Assembly: GCA_963628435.1 (NCBI GenBank)
Contig: CAVGEY010000008.1
Coordinates: forward strand, 12,614-76,613
Length of the DNA stretch: 64,000 bases
DNA from: a bacterium
GTDB lineage: Bacteria > Bacillota > Clostridia > Oscillospirales > CAG-272
Direction of reading: 5' to 3'
Position 1 is the first letter of the stretch; each line of letters starts with the position of its first letter. A program made the translations under genes and the position numbers. Below are positions 1-8,420 of this stretch, in pieces. The notes beneath the pieces were generated by a model. The model saw only the letters and a list, made by a program, of their open reading frames with translations. It was not told where the DNA came from and searched no databases.

Positions 1-136
1 ACGCATTATTCGAGGTAAAGCCATATCCTGAGGCATCTTCATTGGCATTTGATACGGTACATGCTCCGATAAACGGGCATATAAACATTGCAAATGCCAA
101 TAACACTGAAATTGTTTGCTTGATTCTTCGTTTCAT
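1..136 (-). CDS. Lipoprotein / secreted protein, N-terminal fragment (gene runs off the left edge)
   Basis: Not in the ORF track because it is too short in-window. ATG at 136-134 lies 6 nt after an AAGGAGA SD (rc of 143-149). Translation MKRRIKQTISVLLAFAMFICPFIGACTVSNANEDASGYGFTSNNA has a basic n-region, a hydrophobic core and a lipobox-like IGAC. It lies directly downstream of the LacI-family gene, so a solute-binding lipoprotein is a plausible inference. Confidence 0.55.
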   Translation of the reverse strand, partial: MKRRIKQTISVLLAFAMFICPFIGACTVSNANEDASGYGFTSNNA

Positions 137-227
137 ATTTTTTCTCCTTATTCTTTATTATCACGAGTTGCTCAAAGCTCATAAGATACATAGACTCAAT
201 CGGCAATATCAGATTCGTCAAAAAGTA

Positions 228-1238
228 TTATCGTGTTCTGTCGCGAACGCTATCTCTTTCACAAATCTCAACCGGTATCAATTCTTTAGAAATCGTGTCA
301 GATTTCAAAGAACCGATAAGCTGACGTACAAGAGTTGACGAAAACTCCGCTCTGCTGAAAGATACGCTTGTAAGACGAGGTGATATTATTTCCGAAAAGG
401 TTAGATTTTCAAACCCCACAACAGAAACGTCCTCGGGAATTCGCAGGCCGCCCTCCCGGAATGCTTTCATAACTCCGTATGCAAACATATCCGAAACACA
501 AACGCAAGCATCGAACTTAACACCGCTTGACAAAATTTTTTTGCCAAGCTCATACCCCTCGGAAACATTCATGTTTCCGAGATTGTTTCCGTAAAAAATT
601 CTGCCGTCTTGTTTTTTTCCTTCAAGTGCATAACGAATGAACGCGTCACGCCGCACATCCAACTCGTAATCTTCGTTGAAACCGTTTGCGTAGATGATTT
701 TTTTGTGACCAAGACGAACAAGATATTCGACAATCTGTCGCATTCCGTCATCATAGTCCAGATCGATACGATTAACCCTGTTTTCGTTAGGCAGCAGATA
801 ATTACCGCAGCAAATTTTGATTTTATTTTCGATCAGATAATCTATGTCGCATTGTTTGACTTTGCCCGGCACAGATGCAAAATAAAGTCCCTCTACCCTT
901 TTTGCGACAATAGACGGAACATATTTTCCAAGATCCAAATATCCACTGCATATCAATGTAGAATACCCGTATGAGAAAGCGGTTTTTTCAAATTCGAGAA
1001 TAATTTCTCCATACATCGGGTTTGTTATGCTATTTGATACTACCATAAATGATTTTGAATGTTTGGTCACCATACTTTGAGCTGCCGCATCCGGAACATA
1101 ATTCAGCTCCTCTATTGCCTGAAGAACCTTTTTTTTCGTTTTTTCGGAAACAGGATGAGAATTATTTATTACGTAAGATACCATAGGCAGCGAGACGCCG
1201 GCTCTTTCCGCCACCATTGCCCGTGTTATTTTAGCCAT
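228..1238 (-). CDS. LacI/GalR-family transcriptional regulator
   Basis: 336 aa. The N-terminal HTH ITRAMVAERAGVSLPMVSYVINNSHPVSEKTKKKVLQAIEELNYVPDAAAQS is followed by a sugar-binding-type core. AAGGAG SD before the ATG. Confidence 0.9.
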   Translation of the reverse strand: MAKITRAMVAERAGVSLPMVSYVINNSHPVSEKTKKKVLQAIEELNYVPDAAAQSMVTKHSKSFMVVSNSITNPMYGEIILEFEKTAFSYGYSTLICSGYLDLGKYVPSIVAKRVEGLYFASVPGKVKQCDIDYLIENKIKICCGNYLLPNENRVNRIDLDYDDGMRQIVEYLVRLGHKKIIYANGFNEDYELDVRRDAFIRYALEGKKQDGRIFYGNNLGNMNVSEGYELGKKILSSGVKFDACVCVSDMFAYGVMKAFREGGLRIPEDVSVVGFENLTFSEIISPRLTSVSFSRAEFSSTLVRQLIGSLKSDTISKELIPVEICERDSVRDRTR

Positions 1239-1534
1239 TTTGCTCCTTTTTTACACGTGTCAAATTTTACATTAGCATTGTAATATAATTGTGCGAATTT
1301 GTCAATAGATTTTCATTAAAATCTAAAAAATTATTGAAATGTTACTATGCAATATGTCTGTATGTGCAAAACCAATCAAAAATTTCCCTGCCGAACTTGC
1401 CTCAGAACAGCTTTTGCCGTACCGCCATCTTACTCAAATACTTCTTACCGCACATTTACCGACTTGTTTTTTATAAATGAAACTATGCGATAAATAAGCG
1501 TTTTTTCATTTTTTCCGTTTTTTTTCAATTTTTA

Positions 1535-1563
1535 TTGAAATTCTAAATAACATGTGCTAAAAT
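1535..1563 (+). promoter_or_regulatory. Sigma-70-type extended -10 promoter of the ABC/TF-like/thioredoxin operon
   Basis: TTGAAA (1535-1540), 17-nt spacer, TGc-TAAAAT (1555-1563). It lies 43 nt upstream of the GTG start, which has an AAGGAGG SD (1593-1599). Confidence 0.5.
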
Positions 1564-1606
1564 TGAGCTTATAAAATTATAATGTACATAAAAAGGAGGA
1601 CTTATT

Positions 1607-3355
1607 GTGAAGCAGACAGAGCAAGGGGATCGCATTGACATAAAAAGCAAGCGCGGAACCTGGAAACGTTTTGCAAAACTTCTCTTAAAATGCCATCTTC
1701 CGTGGTTAAGTCTGATTGCTTATATTGCGGTTTCCGTTTTCTCAATCAACACGGGTGTTGATGAAACGGATTACACCGCGCAGCTGTTTGCCGGAGATAC
1801 CAGTATTGCCCTTGTATCAACTCTTATAGGCGTAATGCTGCTGAATATGCTTTTGTCAAACCTGACCGTATTCTGCAGTAATCTGACAACATCGCAGATG
1901 AATCGTAATATGCGCAGCACACTTACCGAAAAAATTCTGCATCTTCCGATGTCGTTTTTCAAAGAAGGTAATCCCCGTGATGAAATCTACCGTATAGTTC
2001 ACAACAGCATCGTTATCAGCAGCACGGTTATGCTTGTCATTTTGCCGATTGCGTTTTGCTTTTACAAAACCGCCGTCATATTCCTGCGTGTTTTCAAATA
2101 TGATTGGCGTCTGAGTCTTATACTTATTGCATTTATACCGATTCAGATTCTTGTGGCTTTCATTTTCGGAAGAATCAATTTTTCTCTTTCGGAACGCGAA
2201 TCCGGCATCAGTGCGGGACTTACGCACCGTCTTGCCGAAATGATTACAAATATTCCTCTTGCAAAAGCGTTCGCAAAAGAAGATCGCGAAGCTGCGGAAG
2301 GAAAAAATCTTGCCGACCGACTCTACAAAAACACTGTCAAAGGCGGATGGTTCGATCAGTTGAAAGATCTTTCGGAATCGGTAATTTCATTGATACAGGC
2401 CGCAGTTATGGTAATTGTCGGTGCCCTACTTTTAAGAGACGGCAACATAACTACGCGAAACTGGGTTTCATTCTTCATGTTTTCATCAACTTTTTCGGGT
2501 GCAGTATATGAAATACTTATATACTGGAACAACTTGAAGATTATTCAGGGAGGCGGAGACCGTGTTGCGGAAATCATGTATGCCGTCGAGGAATCAAAAT
2601 CGGGTGAGACCGTCGAACATCTGTCGGGAGACATAAAAATTGAAAATGTCGAGTTCGGCTATGAGGAAAACACTTCGGTGCTGAAGAATGTCAATGCTGT
2701 TTTCCCGAAAGGAAGCAGAACGGCCCTTCTCGGAGAAAGCGGCTCGGGCAAAACAACTCTGCTGAATCTGATTCTGCGGATTTATGATCCGAAATCCGGT
2801 CGAATTACCGTTGACGGCAGAAACGTTTCCGATTATACCCTGTACGATTACCGCAGACAATTTGCCATGATTTCGCAAAATGAGATGCTGTTTTCGGGAA
2901 CCGTCCGTGAAAATCTTATTTACGGACATGAAAATACTTCGGATGAAGTTTTGATAGCCGCCGCCGAAAAAAGCGGTGCGTGGGAATTTATCTCAAAGTT
3001 TCCGCAGGGTCTTGATACAAGAATCGACGAATACGGCGGAAATCTCTCGGGCGGACAGCGTCAACGGCTCAGCTTAACACGTGCTTTGCTATCGGACGCG
3101 CCATATCTGATTCTCGATGAACCCGCAGCCGCACTTGATGCAATAGCTACCGAAAATCTCATCAATGTGCTGAAAGAAATAAGCGAAGGACGCACGCTCA
3201 TAGTCATCGGACATACGCCTTCCATTCTTCCCCTTGTCGAAAGGGCTGTGATTTTGGAAAACGGAGCCGTCGCCGCGGAAGGGCCCGTAAATGAGCTTGT
3301 ACGCACAAACAGCTTTCTACGGGCATTTACAGAGGAAAAGGAGGCAGCCGAATGA
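1607..3355 (+). CDS. ABC exporter subunit A (fused permease + ATPase, type-I exporter fold)
   Basis: 582 aa. N-terminal multi-TM domain. NBD with Walker A GESGSGKTT, signature LSGGQRQRLSL and Walker B LILDEP. GTG start behind a strong SD. Confidence 0.9.
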   Translation: MKQTEQGDRIDIKSKRGTWKRFAKLLLKCHLPWLSLIAYIAVSVFSINTGVDETDYTAQLFAGDTSIALVSTLIGVMLLNMLLSNLTVFCSNLTTSQMNRNMRSTLTEKILHLPMSFFKEGNPRDEIYRIVHNSIVISSTVMLVILPIAFCFYKTAVIFLRVFKYDWRLSLILIAFIPIQILVAFIFGRINFSLSERESGISAGLTHRLAEMITNIPLAKAFAKEDREAAEGKNLADRLYKNTVKGGWFDQLKDLSESVISLIQAAVMVIVGALLLRDGNITTRNWVSFFMFSSTFSGAVYEILIYWNNLKIIQGGGDRVAEIMYAVEESKSGETVEHLSGDIKIENVEFGYEENTSVLKNVNAVFPKGSRTALLGESGSGKTTLLNLILRIYDPKSGRITVDGRNVSDYTLYDYRRQFAMISQNEMLFSGTVRENLIYGHENTSDEVLIAAAEKSGAWEFISKFPQGLDTRIDEYGGNLSGGQRQRLSLTRALLSDAPYLILDEPAAALDAIATENLINVLKEISEGRTLIVIGHTPSILPLVERAVILENGAVAAEGPVNELVRTNSFLRAFTEEKEAAE

Positions 3356-5100
3356 AAAAAGAAAAAACTCAAGGCATGTGGAAAAACACATTCGGCCTTC
3401 TCGGACGCTTCCCGATTCCGTGGTATTTATATATTCTTCAGATTCTGCTCGGAATCGTAAGCACGAAAGTTGCCCTGCTCTACATTCCGTATTATTCAAG
3501 TATGCAGACCGGAAATCTCAGCTCGAATGTACTGTTAGGTTATATCGGATATACGGCATTAAATGTTGTCGCAACCATCGCATGTGCAATTCCGACATTT
3601 TTTGCGTCTGCGCTGATTACGCGTGAACTTCAGAAGAAGATGATTGAACATTCTCTGCGTCTTCCGATGAGTTATTACGATGAGCACCGTTCAAGCATAG
3701 TCAGCTGGATATGCAATGACTGCGGCAGTGTAAACGGTCTGATTTCATCAATCTGCAGCTTTTTTACCGGCATAGCTACAGCAGTAATGAGCAGCAGCAG
3801 CATAGGTGAATTGGACAAGTCGATGATTATGCTTGTTCCGTTCGTACTGATTCTTCTTATTCTGTTTACCCTTCTTGAAGGAAAATTGCTGTTTCTGCGT
3901 CAGCGCAGAGAAAAGCGCGCCAACAGTGAACTTACTGCTTATTTTTCCGAACATCTCAGTTATCTTCTCCAAATAAAACAGATGCACACAGAGAAAGAGG
4001 AATTGGCACGAAGCAAAAAAGCAATCGATGATTTTTATCATGCCGATTTGTATCAGCTTCTTTTGACAATGATCGACAACTTCACATCGGGCAGTCTTAC
4101 AAACATTGTGACGATTCTGGTGTTTGTTTTGGGAGTTCCCCTGGTGCGATCGGGTAAATTCGATCTTGCCGGTCTTGCGTCTTTTCAGAGTTACGTACTG
4201 CTTGCCTACAATTCCCTTTCCACGATTCCGTCGACTTATACACAGCTGATGTATTATAACGGCGAACTTTATTATATCGGCGGTATGATGAGCGAAAAAG
4301 AGGAAAAAGTCAAGCGTGTTGCGGGAATAGAATGTGAAAGTGACGATATAAATTTCAGCCATGTCAATTTCGGATACAGCAAAGAGCAGCCGATTTTGAA
4401 AGATGCATCATTTACAATTCCAAAAGGAAAAGTCACACTTCTTGTCGGTCCGAACGGAAGCGGAAAATCGACTGTTTTCCGACTGATTGAAAGATTCTAC
4501 AATCCAATATCGGGCAGAATCTCATACGGTAACCGGAATGTGGAAGAAATTCATCTGGATGAATGGCGTAAAAATATCGCATACGTACTGCAGGAGCCGA
4601 GTCTTTTTAACGGAAGTGTACGCGACAACATCACCTACGGAATGAGCCGTGATGTTACCGATGATGAGGTGGCGGCGGCGGCAAGACTTGCGTACGCCGA
4701 TGAATTTATAAGTGATCTTCCCGACGGGTATGATTTTATAATCGGCGACAACGGTTCTAAGCTGAGCGGCGGTCAGCGTCAGCGTATTGCAATAGCAAGA
4801 GCGATTATGCTGGATCCGTCTTATCTGATGCTTGACGAGGCAACCTGCAACATGGATGTATACAGTGAAAAAGCGGTTACCGATGCACTTCTCAGACTCA
4901 TGAGCGGCCGAACCACAATCATAATATCTCATGATATGCGAATGCTTAACCGTGCCGATCATGTCATCGTTTTGAAAGACGGTGTCGTAGAGGCGGACGG
5001 ATCAAGAGATGAGGTCATTCAAACAAGCGATACGCTAAAGCAGTTAATGAGCAGTAGTTCCAACGACAACGATGTCACAGACGGAAATATTATGGTATAA
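3352..5100 (+). CDS. ABC exporter subunit B (fused permease + ATPase); presumed heterodimer partner
   Basis: 582 aa, the same length as subunit A. ATGA start/stop overlap with subunit A. Walker A GPNGSGKST, signature LSGGQRQRIAIARA, Walker B LMLDEA. Confidence 0.9.
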   Translation: MKKEKTQGMWKNTFGLLGRFPIPWYLYILQILLGIVSTKVALLYIPYYSSMQTGNLSSNVLLGYIGYTALNVVATIACAIPTFFASALITRELQKKMIEHSLRLPMSYYDEHRSSIVSWICNDCGSVNGLISSICSFFTGIATAVMSSSSIGELDKSMIMLVPFVLILLILFTLLEGKLLFLRQRREKRANSELTAYFSEHLSYLLQIKQMHTEKEELARSKKAIDDFYHADLYQLLLTMIDNFTSGSLTNIVTILVFVLGVPLVRSGKFDLAGLASFQSYVLLAYNSLSTIPSTYTQLMYYNGELYYIGGMMSEKEEKVKRVAGIECESDDINFSHVNFGYSKEQPILKDASFTIPKGKVTLLVGPNGSGKSTVFRLIERFYNPISGRISYGNRNVEEIHLDEWRKNIAYVLQEPSLFNGSVRDNITYGMSRDVTDDEVAAAARLAYADEFISDLPDGYDFIIGDNGSKLSGGQRQRIAIARAIMLDPSYLMLDEATCNMDVYSEKAVTDALLRLMSGRTTIIISHDMRMLNRADHVIVLKDGVVEADGSRDEVIQTSDTLKQLMSSSSNDNDVTDGNIMV

Positions 5101-5120
5101 TATGCAAAAAAGGAGTTTTT

Positions 5121-5978
5121 ATGAAATCTTCAATCAATACTCTCACCGATTACAAAAAAGTTCCGATAAATACGGAAATACTTATCACACCCTTAAGCGA
5201 AGGTGAAATTGAAAAGAAAATCCATGCGCTCAGTCGCAGTCGCAAAGAGGTTATTCATCCCGATGTAATTCAAAAAGGCGATGCTGTCGTATTGACACTT
5301 CAGAGTGAAAATTCCCGTTTTAACAAAAAAATGCTTCCGGTTACGGTCGGAAGCGGATTATACGACATAGAGTTTGAGCAGATGATCATCGGTCTCAAAA
5401 GCGGAAAAACCGAAAAGATTCACGCAGCCGACAGTGATATAACCGTTACCGTCCGCTCAATAACACGCACGATTTTCCCCGAGCCGACAAAAGAAGAAAT
5501 TAAGACGCTTGCCGAATCGCTTGATCCTCCGCAGAACTTTTCAACGGTTTCGGAATACGCGGAATATCTGCGGCAAGAACACATACACGATCAGCGCGAA
5601 TCGGCGGTATATGAAATTATGCAGGACATTCTCGACGGAGTGCTGACGACAAGTGACTGGGCATTTGACGAGGGAGAGGTTGACGAACAATACCGTCAGG
5701 GTGTTGCCGAGCTTAATGAGCAGGCAAAACAGGAGTTAGGCAAATCGTACGAAGAGCTGACAGATGATGATATAAAGGCAAATATAGGCCCCGAAAATCG
5801 TGCCGAGCTTGAAAAGCTGATGCACGATAATGCCGAAAGTCTGATTGCATCCGTTCTTTTCTTCGGACATCTGAAAGGTATATCACCCGAAAATCTGAGT
5901 CTTGACGATGAAGGCATCATGGACTATTCGATACTGGAAGCCTATGTTCGCGATATAATTACATACAAGGAGGTATAA
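5121..5978 (+). CDS. Trigger-factor-like chaperone lacking the ribosome-binding N-domain (paralog 1)
   Basis: 285 aa with no signal peptide. The pattern ...QKGDAVVL...VGSGLYDIEFEQMIIGLKSGKTEK...VTVRSITRTIFPEPTKEEIKTL... follows the TF linker, FKBP-like domain and C-terminal arm layout (GD.v.iDf / lGsG.fipgFE..l.G.k.G / v..v....lPel.def). The GFRxGxxP N-domain is absent. Confidence 0.55.
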   Translation: MKSSINTLTDYKKVPINTEILITPLSEGEIEKKIHALSRSRKEVIHPDVIQKGDAVVLTLQSENSRFNKKMLPVTVGSGLYDIEFEQMIIGLKSGKTEKIHAADSDITVTVRSITRTIFPEPTKEEIKTLAESLDPPQNFSTVSEYAEYLRQEHIHDQRESAVYEIMQDILDGVLTTSDWAFDEGEVDEQYRQGVAELNEQAKQELGKSYEELTDDDIKANIGPENRAELEKLMHDNAESLIASVLFFGHLKGISPENLSLDDEGIMDYSILEAYVRDIITYKEV

Positions 5979-5980
5979 AC

Positions 5981-6295
5981 ATGATTCAATATGCAACAGA
6001 TGATAATTTTGACAGTCTGATTTCGGAAGGAATAGTACTCGTAGACTTTTTCGGCAAATTCTGCGGACCATGCAAGCTGGTTGCGCGTGAACTTGAGGAA
6101 ATCGATGACGAACTTCCGTTTGTCAATATCGTTAAGGTAGACACCGATGACTGTCCGAAAATTTCGGAGAGATATCGCATCAGCGGTATTCCGGATCTTT
6201 ATTTCTATAAAGACGGAAAGCTCGTTCATCATGAACTCGGCGCAATCAACGGAGATGCAATCCGTACAATCCTCGGCAAAATACTTTACGACTGA
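5981..6295 (+). CDS. Thioredoxin
   Basis: 104 aa. Active site FCGPCK, cis-Pro motif GIPDL. Start is 2 nt after the upstream stop. Confidence 0.9.
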   Translation: MIQYATDDNFDSLISEGIVLVDFFGKFCGPCKLVARELEEIDDELPFVNIVKVDTDDCPKISERYRISGIPDLYFYKDGKLVHHELGAINGDAIRTILGKILYD

Positions 6296-6364
6296 TAAAA
6301 ACAAACATATAAAACTGTAATTTAGGAGTTAACAACTCTGAAAATAAAAAAAGGAGAAACTATT

Positions 6365-6889
6365 ATGAAAAAAGCACTTACTCTTATTCTTTGCATCGTC
6401 ATGATTCTGTCAATGGCGGCATGCGGCACAACCGGAGAATCCGGTGAGAAAAAAGACACCGACAACTCCGAAATCCTTTCTCAGTTCCCGACAGATCTTC
6501 AGGAATGGACTGCGCAGAATTTTAATGACTACTTCAAAGCAATCGGTCTTTACACAAAAGAAGATTACATTTATGTTCAGGATCACGCGACCTATTATGT
6601 CGGAACATGCATTGACGAATGCGGCGGTTATATGGATGACGCGGGGCTTTACTTCACCGGAGTCTTTATCGTGGATGAAGACAGCACCGAAGGAAACGCA
6701 GCCGAACTTTTGAGTTATGTTAAAGAAAATCGCACATTAACCGAAGAATTCGGAAGCATGACAATTGATCACATGTGCGGACATCTGCTGATTATGGACA
6801 GCTTTACCCAAGATGAGGACTTCTACAATTCTTTTGAGTCGGCTATTAAGGATCTTGTTAAAGCCTTAGGCGCAGAACTCGATTATTGA
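6365..6889 (+). CDS. Small lipoprotein, unknown function
   Basis: 174 aa. Signal peptide with lipobox LSMAAC-G. The mature part is acidic and has three further Cys (TCIDEC, HMC). AGGAGA SD. Confidence 0.7.
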   Translation: MKKALTLILCIVMILSMAACGTTGESGEKKDTDNSEILSQFPTDLQEWTAQNFNDYFKAIGLYTKEDYIYVQDHATYYVGTCIDECGGYMDDAGLYFTGVFIVDEDSTEGNAAELLSYVKENRTLTEEFGSMTIDHMCGHLLIMDSFTQDEDFYNSFESAIKDLVKALGAELDY

Positions 6890-7695
6890 TGAAAAGTCGC
6901 TTATTAAAGTCGGCTCCTTTCGATCATGTAGAACTTCCCTCACTGGAAATCTGCCTTACCGATGAAGAGCTCGGGGATGAAATCAAACGTCATATCACCA
7001 ACGAGCTGCTTTCGCATCGATTCTATCGGACAACCGACAGAATTGAACCGGGCGACATTGCAACAGTAGTGCTAAACGGAAAGAATTTGATTATCAATGT
7101 CGGAAGCGGACTGTTTGACATCGATACCGAAAAAGAATCAGTCGGAAAAAAATGCGGGGATACCATTAAGACCGACAGTATGTCTGCACGTGTTGAAAAA
7201 ATAGAGCGTCTCATTATTCCCTCTCTTACCGATTCGTTTGTAAAAGATCTGAACATCGACGGAATATCCACAGTTCAAGGTTACAAGGACTACCTCGCAG
7301 AGTATTACCGTAATTTCTATTTTGAAAACTACCTGCTGTATTTTGCCATGGAGTTTTTTATGAACTGGATGCAGGCAAGCAAGTGGAGTTTCGACGAAGA
7401 TGAGCTAAGCAATCTGCTCGAAGAGTACCGCGCTATGGAAAAGCGCTATCTCGATGCTCACGATACCTACATTGACGGATCGGAAGAAGAACTTAACGAA
7501 TCTGCACGTGAAAATATGATGGAAACTGTCGGACAATATCTGTATCTTCAATATACAGACCCACAAAATGCTCCGACCGATCTGCATTTTGACGAAGAAG
7601 ACACGATAGAAAAAATACGATCGCTTGCGCTGCGTCCGATGATGGACTTTCTTAAAGACAAAGTTACTTTTACCGATAAGGAGGAAACTTTCTGA
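6889..7695 (+). CDS. Trigger-factor-like chaperone lacking the ribosome-binding N-domain (paralog 2)
   Basis: About 268 aa. The track starts at TTG 6886, but ATG 6889 overlaps the upstream TGA (TGATG). Same layout as 5121-5978: EPGDIATVVL...VGSGLFDIDTEKESVGKKCGDTIK...VEKIERLIIPSLTDSFVKDL. Confidence 0.55.
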   Translation: MKSRLLKSAPFDHVELPSLEICLTDEELGDEIKRHITNELLSHRFYRTTDRIEPGDIATVVLNGKNLIINVGSGLFDIDTEKESVGKKCGDTIKTDSMSARVEKIERLIIPSLTDSFVKDLNIDGISTVQGYKDYLAEYYRNFYFENYLLYFAMEFFMNWMQASKWSFDEDELSNLLEEYRAMEKRYLDAHDTYIDGSEEELNESARENMMETVGQYLYLQYTDPQNAPTDLHFDEEDTIEKIRSLALRPMMDFLKDKVTFTDKEETF

Positions 7696-8342
7696 TGGCT
7701 GTTTCAGTTGCTACCGATCAAAATTTTGACTCCCTTATCGAAAACGGTGTTTGTCTTATAGACTTTTATACGACACACTGCGGTCCGTGTCGTGTTCTAC
7801 TTACAAAACTACTTGAACTTGAGGGAAAATATCCGTTCTTTCGGCTTGTTAAAGTGAATCTCGACAACTGTCCCGAACTTTCAAGGCGTTTTCTGATTGA
7901 GTTTACTCCGACCGTATATCTTTCCAAAGACGGAAATTTAGAGGAATATCGGGGGCTTACCGACAAAAACAGTCTTGCTCACGCATTGGGGGAGCTCTAT
8001 TACGAGGGAATAAACGGAAGAATACCGGCAGAGTTCGAGCCGGACGAAACGGATGATGAAGAACTGACGGATTCGACTGATTCGGAGTCCGAAAATTCAC
8101 CTGTCGACAGCTCGGATAACGCAAAAATCAAACCGATTATTCGATTGAATGAAGACAAAGAAATTGTCGCAAATGTCAAGGCCGGTTTGAAAGCCAAGGG
8201 CGGCTACTGTCCTTGCCGTGTGGAACAATCCCCGGACACAAAATGCATGTGTAAGGAATTCAGAGATCAGATTGCAGACCCCTCTTTCGAGGGATACTGT
8301 CACTGCCTTTTGTATTACAAGGGCTATCCGAAAAATAAATAA
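7695..8342 (+). CDS. Thioredoxin fused to a ferredoxin:thioredoxin reductase catalytic-subunit-like (FTRc) Cys-rich domain
   Basis: 215 aa. Residues 1-105 form a Trx fold with HCGPCR, paralogous to 5981-6295. An acidic linker EFEPDETDDEELTDSTDSESENSPVDSSDN follows. The C-terminus IVANVKAGLKAKGGYCPCRVEQSPDTKCMCKEFRDQIADPSFEGYCHCLLYY carries the CPC...CxC...CHC cysteine set of FTR catalytic subunits. TGATG overlap with the upstream gene. Confidence 0.7.
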   Translation: MAVSVATDQNFDSLIENGVCLIDFYTTHCGPCRVLLTKLLELEGKYPFFRLVKVNLDNCPELSRRFLIEFTPTVYLSKDGNLEEYRGLTDKNSLAHALGELYYEGINGRIPAEFEPDETDDEELTDSTDSESENSPVDSSDNAKIKPIIRLNEDKEIVANVKAGLKAKGGYCPCRVEQSPDTKCMCKEFRDQIADPSFEGYCHCLLYYKGYPKNK

Positions 8343-8355
8343 AGATCCGAAAACA

Positions 8356-8400
8356 ATCGGGACTATCGGCAAAATGCCGATAGTCCCGATTTGAATTTTT
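8356..8400. terminator. Bidirectional rho-independent terminator between convergent operons
   Basis: Perfect 15-bp stem atcgggactatcggc / gccgatagtcccgat (8356-8370 / 8376-8390) with a 5-nt loop. T-rich tracts flank it on both strands. Confidence 0.8.
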
Positions 8401-8420
8401 GTAATTTATCGAATTTTCGC

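Noticed and set aside
42-338. Track ORFs at 42-338 (+) and 39-221 (-) at the left edge.
   Set aside because: They have no SD or motifs. The real signals there are the 3' end of the LacI-family gene and the SD, ATG and signal peptide of a minus-strand lipoprotein fragment (1-136) in another frame.
1245-1262. An imperfect palindrome TTTTACACGTGTCAAA next to the LacI-family gene start, considered as a possible operator.
   Set aside because: It is only a 16-bp imperfect inverted repeat that overlaps the SD region. I cannot tell it from chance without the regulator family's known operator consensus or comparative data.
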